Shown here: in pieces, positions 49,132 to 57,809 of the stretch
How positions within the stretch are numbered: the first letter of the stretch is position 1
Layout of the letters: each line of letters starts with the position of its first letter
Assembly (NCBI GenBank): GCA_017552475.1
Contig: JAFZPY010000126.1
Coordinates: 126-64,125, forward strand
Length of the DNA stretch: 64,000 nucleotides
DNA from: Bacteroidales bacterium
GTDB lineage: Bacteria > Bacteroidota > Bacteroidia > Bacteroidales > UBA932
Reading direction: 5' to 3'
Made by a program: the position numbers and the translations under genes
Notes under the pieces: model-generated
The model's database searches: none
Told to the model about the DNA's origin: nothing
Seen by the model: only the letters and a program-made list of their open reading frames with translations

Positions 49132-50874
49132 TTATTTCAGTACGGGGACATCTTCGCTGAGATCCCAGATATCAGTGCTCCAGCCGAGTGTGGCGGCCTG
49201 GGAGGAGATGGTGCCTTCTGCGCCAAGGTAGTTGCCAGCGGTTGCCACAACTGTTGTACCGGTACCGTAGAAAGGATCGCCTGTAGTATTCCAACCGATG
49301 AATCCGGTGCAATTGAAGTTGGACACGTAAGTATTACCGATGAATACACCTTTTACGCGGGTGATGCCGCTTATGTCAGAGGTGGTAAAACAGTTGGTCA
49401 CGGTAATATCCACGGCTGTCTTGTCATTGGTATTGCCAAGGAATGCGCCACTCCATCTGTCGGCCACAAGTGCGCCGGTGCAGTAGCAGTTGGTCACGGT
49501 TACGGGGCCTTTATCCAGACGGCCAAGAAGACCGCCGGCTCCGGCTTTGTTGCCGCTGTTCGGCAAAGTCACTTTACCGGTAGCATAGCTGGTACGTACT
49601 TCGACTTCTCCATTGACGACACCGATAAGACCGCCGGCGAAGTGGCCCAGACCTTCAACGTCAACTGACGAATATGATTTCTCCACCAGACCGCCTTCCA
49701 TCTGTCCAATCAGACCACCGACACGAGAGTAGTTGCTCTTGTTGTTGACAGACTTCCCACTGGCATGGCATCCTTTGACGGTGACGTTGACGGCAAGTCC
49801 AATGAAACCACCAGAGTAGTAACCGGATGCAGTCACATTGCTGGAAGAAGAGCAGTTGACAACGGTACCTGCATCCACGCGGCCTATGAAGCCACCGACC
49901 TGCTGGCCACCGTTAACCGTCGTCGCAACCTCCACATTTTCAACGACGCCGCCGAGCAGATAGCCGAAGAGGCCGCCGGTGCGGTCATTGGTGTTGGTTA
50001 TTGTGGAATTGGTAATGGTAACGTTCTGGGCTACGAGTGCATTGACTGAGTTGGCGGAGCCAGCCTTGCCCGCGAGAACACCCATGTCGGCGACAGTGCC
50101 CTCGATGGTTGCACCATCAATGGTGAGGTTGATGACAGTTCCGTCAAGGACTGCGAACAGAGGTGCGGTGAGGTGGCTGATGGTGTGGCCGTCGCCGTCG
50201 AGGAATGCTTTCTTGTTGCCCTCGCAGCTTACGGACTGCCACTCGATACCTTCGAGGTCCATGTCAGCAGCGAGCTTGTAGTAAACAGTCTCGCCTTCAC
50301 GGAGCATTGCTCCGAGCTTCTGGAAACCGGCGACGTTGTTGAGGATATAAGGGTCATCCTCGGTACCCTCGCCTTCCTGCTCAGGAAGAAGCATCTTGAA
50401 GAGGATATAAGCCGCATCCTCTTCGGAGACCTCATAAGTAGCGTCTCCTTCTACCTTTACAGGCACGAGGGGGAGAAGGTAAATCTGCTCAGGCACGCAG
50501 CCGGCGCCTTTGAGGGTAATTGTTTCAAGAGATGACACCTTGTTGTAACGGGGAAGGAGGAACGGGATGGCAGGGAGGTCATAAGCCTCTGCGGGAAGCA
50601 TCTCATATGATGTTCCGTGAGCCGCGTTGTATTTTTCAACGAGCTCGGCACTACCGCCGATCCTGACGGTGAGGGCATTGTACGGGCCAGGAGCCGAGGT
50701 AAGCTGTACCTCGAAGGTCTGGGACTGGCGACGGGGAATCTCGACAACATTCTCGATACCCTTCACGCTAACGCCCAGTACGGCCGCGGGGCCGCTCTGT
50801 TCATTGTCATTTTTACAAGACAGTGCGGAAAACATTGTCAGCGCGACGAGCGCTAAACCAACTATCTTTTTCAT
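49132..50874 (-). CDS. Surface lipoprotein: DUF1735/BT_3987-like N-domain + GLUG-type beta-helix repeats
   Basis: YNAAHGTSYEMLPAEAY, YLLPL; GEGTEDDPY; repeated xGGLIG motifs. Confidence 0.78.
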   Translation of the reverse strand: MKKIVGLALVALTMFSALSCKNDNEQSGPAAVLGVSVKGIENVVEIPRRQSQTFEVQLTSAPGPYNALTVRIGGSAELVEKYNAAHGTSYEMLPAEAYDLPAIPFLLPRYNKVSSLETITLKGAGCVPEQIYLLPLVPVKVEGDATYEVSEEDAAYILFKMLLPEQEGEGTEDDPYILNNVAGFQKLGAMLREGETVYYKLAADMDLEGIEWQSVSCEGNKKAFLDGDGHTISHLTAPLFAVLDGTVINLTIDGATIEGTVADMGVLAGKAGSANSVNALVAQNVTITNSTITNTNDRTGGLFGYLLGGVVENVEVATTVNGGQQVGGFIGRVDAGTVVNCSSSSNVTASGYYSGGFIGLAVNVTVKGCHASGKSVNNKSNYSRVGGLIGQMEGGLVEKSYSSVDVEGLGHFAGGLIGVVNGEVEVRTSYATGKVTLPNSGNKAGAGGLLGRLDKGPVTVTNCYCTGALVADRWSGAFLGNTNDKTAVDITVTNCFTTSDISGITRVKGVFIGNTYVSNFNCTGFIGWNTTGDPFYGTGTTVVATAGNYLGAEGTISSQAATLGWSTDIWDLSEDVPVLK

Positions 50875-50898
50875 ATCTTATATTCGGTTATCAGTCAA

Positions 50899-52731
50899 TT
50901 AAAATTTGAGGCCGTCGTTCCAGCCGGGGTTCTGGGTGAGATTGCCCTGGGTGAGGCTTCTGTCCTCGACGGGGATAGGATAGTAGTAATCCCTGCCGTC
51001 GTTCCATGTCCAGCCCGGACGGGTGGCTTTGTGGAACTCAAGGCATCCTGATTCTCCCTCGGAGAGAGTTACGTCGGCTCCAATCTTGAGAGCGAGGGCT
51101 GCACTTCCCGCAGGAACTGTATCACCAGAATAAAGAGTCACATCGGGAGTGCCGTCGGCATTGAGGTCGTATGTGCCTTCGCCGGGGAAATACATACCGA
51201 GGAGAGGACATTCGAAAGTATGACCTTCGGCCCAGCGGATAATGTCATAGTAGCGGAATCCTTCCTGAAGGAGTTCAAGAGTCCTTTCGCGGCGGATTTC
51301 GAGAATCAGGCCCACGTTGGAGGAGTTCTTCCCGGCGACCTTGGGATAGCCGGTATACTGGTCGAGGAGGTACGGGTCAGGATTGGCATTGGCAGCGGCC
51401 ATGTCAAGGTTGGGCATGCCTACGCGTTCACGCAGGGGCTTGATGGAACGGTCGATGTCAGCCTGTGAGATGGTGCCGAGTTCAGCCTTGGCCTCTGCGT
51501 AGTTGAGATAAATCTCAGCTGCGCGGAAAAGCACGAGGTCGCAGTAAGACTGATTATAAGTGTCATCTTCAGGGCCCATGAAATATTTGATGGGAGCATA
51601 GCCGGTCACTGAGTTGTTGATGTTGGGAGCGAAGAGCACGTCGGTCCCAAGTCTGCAATAGCCGGGAGTCCTGATGCTCTGGGCCATACGGGGATCGCGG
51701 TTCCTGGTCTCGTCGACAAACTGCATGGTCTCCCAGCCGGCCTTGTCAGTGAAACGGCTGCCATCCTTCATCAGATAGCTGGCCATGACCTTGCGGGTGA
51801 AACCTGTACGGCCAAGTGTCGAGCTCACATAAGAAGCGTTGGCACTGTGGGTCACATTGTATTCAATGTTGTAGTTTCTGGCAAGGATGATTTCCTTGTT
51901 GGTGCCTTCGGATATTCTGTATTTGGTGAAAAGGCCGATATAGCTCTTGGCTGTACTTTCAGCTGAGTAGATTGAATATCCGCTGGTGGTCATGAACTCA
52001 TCCGCAGCTGCAGCTGCCTGCTCGAGGTAGAATCTGTAATCCTTGGCATCTGCTGGAAGGGTCTCAAGGGTGACGTCACCGGCGTGATACTTACGGAAGG
52101 TACCCTCGAAGAGGCAGAAACGGGATTTGAATGCAAGTGCAGTCCATTTGGTGACACGATAGTCGGAATGCTCTGCAGGAAGGTTTTCGATAGCATAATC
52201 AATATCCTCTATCATCTTCTGCATCACGATTTCGCGGCTGTCACGGGGCTTGTACAGGTCCTCGTCTTCGGAGCCGAGAGTGTGGTCGTACCACGGCACG
52301 TCACCGAACATCTTCACTTTCTCGAAGTAGAAATATGCACGGAAGAAACGTGCGAGAGCATCATATCGAGCCCTGAGTTTTTCATCCTTGCAATGGTCTG
52401 AATCCTCAAGGAAAGTATTGATCTTACGAAGATTGGTCCAGGTCCAGCCGGCGTCACCGGAGTTGATTGTGCGGCCGCCCCAGAGTGCCTGGTTGAGGTC
52501 GGTACCGATCAAGGCATCGCTGCTCTCGGCATAGAGGTCGCCGGCACCGGGGAACATAGGATAGAATGAGTTGGTGTACGTCTGCATCTCGGTCTCGGTA
52601 GTCAGGAAGGTCTCAGGAGAAAGCTTATCCTTCGGGAACCTGTCCAACATTTTCTCGCACGAAGCGAGGAGAAGAGAAGCGCTCAGCAGGGCACCGATAT
52701 ATTTTATGTTGGTTTTCATACAGTTAGTCAT
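50899..52731 (-). CDS. susD: SusD/RagB family lipoprotein
   Basis: LLLASC, ARFFRAYFYFEKVKMFGDVPWY, RAAEIYLNYAEA, ERTLELLQEGFRYYD. Confidence 0.95.
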   Translation of the reverse strand: MTNCMKTNIKYIGALLSASLLLASCEKMLDRFPKDKLSPETFLTTETEMQTYTNSFYPMFPGAGDLYAESSDALIGTDLNQALWGGRTINSGDAGWTWTNLRKINTFLEDSDHCKDEKLRARYDALARFFRAYFYFEKVKMFGDVPWYDHTLGSEDEDLYKPRDSREIVMQKMIEDIDYAIENLPAEHSDYRVTKWTALAFKSRFCLFEGTFRKYHAGDVTLETLPADAKDYRFYLEQAAAAADEFMTTSGYSIYSAESTAKSYIGLFTKYRISEGTNKEIILARNYNIEYNVTHSANASYVSSTLGRTGFTRKVMASYLMKDGSRFTDKAGWETMQFVDETRNRDPRMAQSIRTPGYCRLGTDVLFAPNINNSVTGYAPIKYFMGPEDDTYNQSYCDLVLFRAAEIYLNYAEAKAELGTISQADIDRSIKPLRERVGMPNLDMAAANANPDPYLLDQYTGYPKVAGKNSSNVGLILEIRRERTLELLQEGFRYYDIIRWAEGHTFECPLLGMYFPGEGTYDLNADGTPDVTLYSGDTVPAGSAALALKIGADVTLSEGESGCLEFHKATRPGWTWNDGRDYYYPIPVEDRSLTQGNLTQNPGWNDGLKF

Positions 52732-55700
52732 TAGAAGTTAATATCAATACCGAACATGAACGTCTTCTGCCAAGGGTAGATAGGATATTTACCATTTGTC
52801 TTGGCGGCAGCCTCCGGGTCGATGTAGTCACAATGGAGACCAGGAGCCAGATAGGCGAGGTTCTCGCCGGAGAAGTATACCCTGACGGACTCGATATCGA
52901 GTTTCCTGGTGAATTTCTGAGGAACGGTGTAGCCTACGGTCAGGTTTTTCAGACGGCAGTAGCCGAGGTTCTGGAGATACCTGTCGTTGACTGTGCCGAG
53001 CTCACGGCCGTCTTTCATAGCCACGTAAGCACGGGGACGCGGGAAGTATGCGTCAGGATTCTCTTCTGTCCAGTAGCTCTTGTAGAAATCCTTCTGGATC
53101 CATGATGAGAAAGGACGTGCGTAGAGTCCCCAGAAGTATCTTGCATCGCTGCTCGGATACCAGTCCTGACAGCCTACGCCCTGGATGAAGACGGAGAAAT
53201 CGAATCCGTACCAGTTGAAGCCGAGTGTGAGACCATACTGGTAGCGGGGCTCAGAGTTACCGATTACCTTGCGGTCGCCGGGATTGTCAAGGGTATTGCT
53301 TCCCTTTCCGATCACATTGTCACCGTCGAGGTCGACGTATTTGAGGTCACCTGCACGGAGTCCCTTCTCTTCACCGGCTGATGAGTAGATGATGGAGCAT
53401 ACGGGGGACTGGTCTACAGGATAGTTCTTAGCCTCTTCGTCGGATTTGAAGAAGCCGTCAGTAGTGTAGCCCCAGATTTCACCATTACGCATGCCCACGT
53501 AATATGTAGAAAGGTCGTTTGTAGGGTTGTCGAATTTGGTGATGTAGCCGATATAGTCGTTTAATGTAGCGGTTACATTGTAATTGAACGGCTGTCCGAG
53601 AAGGTTGAAACCGTTCTTGTAGGTGAGGGAAAGCTCGTAGCCTTTGGTACGGAGGTCGGCGTTGTTGGTCTTGGGGGCAGATGCACCGTAGACAGCAGGC
53701 AGGGCCTTACCAGTGGTAAGCATATTCTTGGTGTCCCTGATATAAACCTCACCGGTAAAGGTGATCTTGTTGTCAAGGAAAGCAAGGTCGACGCCGAGGT
53801 TCTTCTGGTTGATGGTCTCCCAAGTATAAGTGGAGGCTACAGGGGCGCCGTAAGTCGCCACGGAAGACTTGTTGGCACCGAACAGATAGCTCTGGACTCC
53901 CAGGGCGACTGAACGGATGTAGCCATAATTTTCGACCTGCTGGTTGCCGAGACTACCATAAGAGAGTCTCACCTTCAGGTCATTCCACCAGGTTTTTAGC
54001 GGCGAGAAGAATGTCTCATCCGAAACTCTCCATCCGAGAGAGAATGAAGGGAAAAGTCCATAGCGCTGGCCTAAAGGAAAGCGGGATGTCGCGTCATAAC
54101 GGCCGCTGACTTCCAGAAGGTATTTGCCTTTGTAGTCGTAGTTGATACGGCCGAAAAAGCCAAGAGTGGCATATTCTGACTGACCGCCACCGGTCTCGGT
54201 ACGCTTAACGCCTTCTTCGTCGCCACTCACAAGGTTCTGGTCGTTGAGCTCCTGCGAAAGGAGGTCATAGCCAATTGTAGTAATCTTTTTGTTTGAGTAG
54301 GTCTCGAACTGAGTACCACCCATCACCTTGAGGTGATGAGCATCTTTGAATGTATCAGTATATGTAGCATACAAGTTGGCAGAGTGTATGTCATAGTTCT
54401 GGGTAACTTCAGTAAGCTTATCTACGTTACCGCTGGTTGTGATCGTCTCCGTCTGGAGAGGAATCCTGGATCCGAACACTCCGTTGACTGAGCGGTGAAG
54501 CTCTGCGGCGGAGTTGTTGGAATATGTGTAGTTGACTTTGACTTCCAACTGCTTGATCGGGGTAATGGTCACCTCGGTCGTGTTGGTGAAATTATTGATC
54601 TTCTTCCTGTTTTTGAAGTTGCTGTTGGCAATGTTGCCGGCAATTGTCTGTCCGCCACCGCCCGAGTCGGTCTGGTAGATGTAGGACCCGTCCGGATTCT
54701 GGGTCACCAGGAAGGGGAAGTATCCGGCAGTGAGCTGGTAGAATGTATCATCCATATCACTCAGACCGGGATAGTTATATACGGAGGAGAAATAGGCGGC
54801 GTTGTTGGTGATGTTCATCCAGGGCCTTACATCGAATGATACACGCGAACGGAGGTTGTATTTGTTGTACACATCAGGATTCTGGCGGAAAACGCCCTGT
54901 TCCCTGTCATAGTTGCCGGAGAAGAAGTATTTTATGCCTTTGGAACCGCCGCTGAAAGAAATATCGTGGTTCTGGGTGGGCTTGGTATCATTGAAGAAGT
55001 AGTGCCACCAGTCGGTGTTGCCGTAATATTTATATGTATTGCGTCCCTGGCTCTGGTCGATGACAACCCATGGACGTTCGGGATTTTCAGTGACATCATC
55101 GCGACGGGCCCAGAGTTGTTCCATATCTTCATCATTATAGAGAATCTGCTGGTTGCCGTTGTAAGCCTTCATGAAAAGATTGGCGAGATATACTGAATAG
55201 TAGCCGCGAGTCTCCCATTCGGTCGAGGTGGTAGGTGTAGAGAAACCGAGACGGCTGCTGTAGCGTACTTTTGCGTTACCATTACTGTCGCCACCATGCT
55301 TTGTAGTGACGAGAATTACGCCGAAACCGGCTTTTGCACCGTAAACGGCTGCGGAGGATGCGTCCTTGAGGACGGAAATGCTCTCTACATCATTGGGGTT
55401 AACCCTTTCGAGATCTCCTGAGATACCATCAATGAGGACGAGCGGGGATCCGTTATTGATAGAGTTCCAACCACGGATGTTGATGGAAACGCCCGCACCG
55501 GGACGGCCGGAAGGGCTTGTGACGGTAAGGCCGGGGACGGTACCCTGAAGGATGTTACCGAGATTGGCCTGAGAGCGGTCCTGGATGGATTTGGATGAAA
55601 TCACGGATATGGCACCGGTGAGGTTTTCCTTCTTCTGGACACCGTAGCCTACAACTACAACATCATCGAGGAAGAGGACATCCTCTTCGAGAGTCACGTT

Positions 55701-56216
55701 GATGACGCTGCGGCCGTTTACTGCGACTTCGACATCGACGTATCCCATTGAAGAGAATACGAGCGTGGTATTACCGGAGGCGCTGAGTGAATAGCTTCCG
55801 TCAGTGCCGGTCACAGTACCGGAGATTGTGCCTTTCACCATCACGCCGACTCCGGGAAGGGGCTCGCCCTTGGCGTCAACGACTTTACCGCTTATCACCT
55901 GGGCCTGCTTCTGCGGAGCGGCACCTGCTTTTACGATGACATGCGATTTGTTGAAGGTGTAGGTGTATCCGAGATTTCCCATGACGGCGTCAAGCAATGC
56001 CTTCACGGCAGTAGTCCCCGCAGGGACCGTGACCGTCTGGGTAATATCGATTTCCTGGGCGTCATAATCCACTGACAGCCCAGCTTGGGACTCGATTTCT
56101 TTGATAACCTGTCCCAGTGCCGCCTTTCCTCCCTGCATGGTCACCTGTTGCGTCTGCGCAAACATTGACCCGCACAAGAAAAGGCAGAATAAAGTAGCAA
56201 AAATGATTTTTTTCAT
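52731..56216 (-). CDS. susC: SusC TonB-dependent transducer with N-terminal STN-like extension
   Basis: N-terminal signalling extension, VVVGYG, VLKDASSAAVYGAKAGFGVILVTTK, C-terminal F. Confidence 0.96.
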   Translation of the reverse strand: MKKIIFATLFCLFLCGSMFAQTQQVTMQGGKAALGQVIKEIESQAGLSVDYDAQEIDITQTVTVPAGTTAVKALLDAVMGNLGYTYTFNKSHVIVKAGAAPQKQAQVISGKVVDAKGEPLPGVGVMVKGTISGTVTGTDGSYSLSASGNTTLVFSSMGYVDVEVAVNGRSVINVTLEEDVLFLDDVVVVGYGVQKKENLTGAISVISSKSIQDRSQANLGNILQGTVPGLTVTSPSGRPGAGVSINIRGWNSINNGSPLVLIDGISGDLERVNPNDVESISVLKDASSAAVYGAKAGFGVILVTTKHGGDSNGNAKVRYSSRLGFSTPTTSTEWETRGYYSVYLANLFMKAYNGNQQILYNDEDMEQLWARRDDVTENPERPWVVIDQSQGRNTYKYYGNTDWWHYFFNDTKPTQNHDISFSGGSKGIKYFFSGNYDREQGVFRQNPDVYNKYNLRSRVSFDVRPWMNITNNAAYFSSVYNYPGLSDMDDTFYQLTAGYFPFLVTQNPDGSYIYQTDSGGGGQTIAGNIANSNFKNRKKINNFTNTTEVTITPIKQLEVKVNYTYSNNSAAELHRSVNGVFGSRIPLQTETITTSGNVDKLTEVTQNYDIHSANLYATYTDTFKDAHHLKVMGGTQFETYSNKKITTIGYDLLSQELNDQNLVSGDEEGVKRTETGGGQSEYATLGFFGRINYDYKGKYLLEVSGRYDATSRFPLGQRYGLFPSFSLGWRVSDETFFSPLKTWWNDLKVRLSYGSLGNQQVENYGYIRSVALGVQSYLFGANKSSVATYGAPVASTYTWETINQKNLGVDLAFLDNKITFTGEVYIRDTKNMLTTGKALPAVYGASAPKTNNADLRTKGYELSLTYKNGFNLLGQPFNYNVTATLNDYIGYITKFDNPTNDLSTYYVGMRNGEIWGYTTDGFFKSDEEAKNYPVDQSPVCSIIYSSAGEEKGLRAGDLKYVDLDGDNVIGKGSNTLDNPGDRKVIGNSEPRYQYGLTLGFNWYGFDFSVFIQGVGCQDWYPSSDARYFWGLYARPFSSWIQKDFYKSYWTEENPDAYFPRPRAYVAMKDGRELGTVNDRYLQNLGYCRLKNLTVGYTVPQKFTRKLDIESVRVYFSGENLAYLAPGLHCDYIDPEAAAKTNGKYPIYPWQKTFMFGIDINF

Positions 56217-56324
56217 ACCTAAGTAAATGTGCTAGATTATGGGTTTACTACATATAGTAAGCGCAAGCCCGATGGACACACAAATATTTTGGCAGAAAAA
56301 AACGGGCTCGCGAAAGACCCCGTA

Positions 56325-57200
56325 TCAGAAATGATAGAATACCCTGTCACCCTCTATCCTGTAGCTTGAGCCGGGCATGAGAAGGGTCAGGACCCCGAGG
56401 GCGTCTTCGAGTGACTCGTCCGGCATGAAACGCACGTTGAGCGCGCTCTGGCGCATATTTTCAGAATTGTAGCTTATCGACACATTGAAGCGCCTCTCGA
56501 GGATGGAGACGACTTCGGGGAAAGAAGAATTGTTGAAAGAAAGGTATCCGTCTTCCCAGCTCATGGTCCTCCCGGCATCGACTATCGAGAGCGACACGGT
56601 TTTCTCAGAAGGGTTGTACTCCAGCTGCATGCCTGGCTCCAGGACACGTGACTCTTCGCCGGAGATATCCACTTTGACGCGGCCTTCTTTCAGGGTGGTG
56701 CGGACGGTCCGTTCGCCCATGTATGAATGTACGCAGAAAGAGGTGCCAAGCGCCTGCACGTCCATGTGCGCCGTCTTGACGATGAACGGTCTGGAGGGAT
56801 CTTTGGCGACATCGAAATTGCCTTCGCCTGTCAGATATACGATGCGGCTGCCTTCTTTGAAAGATTCTGGATACAACAGCGTGGAACCGGAATTAAGATG
56901 AACCACGGTGCCGTCTTCAAGAGTGACGGATGAAATCTCGCCATAGCCGGCAACCAGATTGCAGGTGCCGTCCAGCGGGGAAATGGAATACTCGCGGCGC
57001 GTCAGCGAGAAGGTGAGCATGGCGACAACAGCCAGAGAGGCCGCAGCAGCAAAGACGGTCGCAAGGGTCCTCCGACGGCGGCTCCGGCGCTCTGCAGCGT
57101 CGATCCTGCCACCGAGGCGTACCCATTCCTTAAAAGTCCTGGGGCTGATCTCCCCGTTGCTTTGTTTCCAGATGTCCTCTATGTTGACTTTTTTATCCAT
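56325..57200 (-). CDS. FecR-family anti-sigma factor
   Basis: One TM helix, LEDGTVVHLNSGS, GEGNFDV, ALGTSF. Confidence 0.93.
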   Translation of the reverse strand: MDKKVNIEDIWKQSNGEISPRTFKEWVRLGGRIDAAERRSRRRRTLATVFAAAASLAVVAMLTFSLTRREYSISPLDGTCNLVAGYGEISSVTLEDGTVVHLNSGSTLLYPESFKEGSRIVYLTGEGNFDVAKDPSRPFIVKTAHMDVQALGTSFCVHSYMGERTVRTTLKEGRVKVDISGEESRVLEPGMQLEYNPSEKTVSLSIVDAGRTMSWEDGYLSFNNSSFPEVVSILERRFNVSISYNSENMRQSALNVRFMPDESLEDALGVLTLLMPGSSYRIEGDRVFYHF

Positions 57201-57217
57201 TCTAGACTAATGTAATT

Positions 57218-57793
57218 TTAGAGCCCCGCCACACACAAAACAATTAAAATTTTAACCACTCTTCTCAAAGCGGCAAGGACATTTGTTATATGATTTTCCA
57301 CTGTGCGCTTGTCAATGCCAAGCTTTGTAGCAATCTGTTCATTGGAATACCCCTGAAGCCGGCTCATTATAAACACCTTGCGGCGCTTTTGGGGCATGTG
57401 CTCCAGCGTATCGTATATCCGCGACCTGGTCTCCGATGCGTAAAGAGCTGACTCCCCGGAAGGAGTACTGTCGGCTCCGGTCGCAGCGGCTTCGCGGCAG
57501 AAGCGGGATTTGACTGCGGATTTATCGAAATGATTGTAGACCTTATACCGGGCCATCTGGAACAGGTACGCAGAGAAAGACTTCACCTCAGAGAACTTCT
57601 TCCGGGACATCCAGATATCAAAAAAAACATCCTGTGCATAGTCATATGCCGTCTCTTCGTCCCCGTCCAGAAGGCGGACGAAAAAATCCACCAGCCGTGG
57701 ATGCCACTCCAGGAACAGCCATTCAAATGCATGCCTGCTCCCTTCAGATAGTTCTTTCAGACAATAACTCTCGTCCTCCTGTTTCATTTTCAC
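57218..57793 (-). CDS. ECF RNA polymerase sigma-70 factor
   Basis: DYAQDVFFDIW region 2; VFIMSRLQGYSNEQIATKLGIDKRTVENHI region 4. Confidence 0.95.
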   Translation of the reverse strand: MKMKQEDESYCLKELSEGSRHAFEWLFLEWHPRLVDFFVRLLDGDEETAYDYAQDVFFDIWMSRKKFSEVKSFSAYLFQMARYKVYNHFDKSAVKSRFCREAAATGADSTPSGESALYASETRSRIYDTLEHMPQKRRKVFIMSRLQGYSNEQIATKLGIDKRTVENHITNVLAALRRVVKILIVLCVAGL

Positions 57794-57809
57794 AAAACCT
57801 GACGGCCTG

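Noticed and set aside
56296-56323. Terminator between fecR and susC
   Set aside because: A U-tract is present but the stem is short and imperfect; not confident enough to call.
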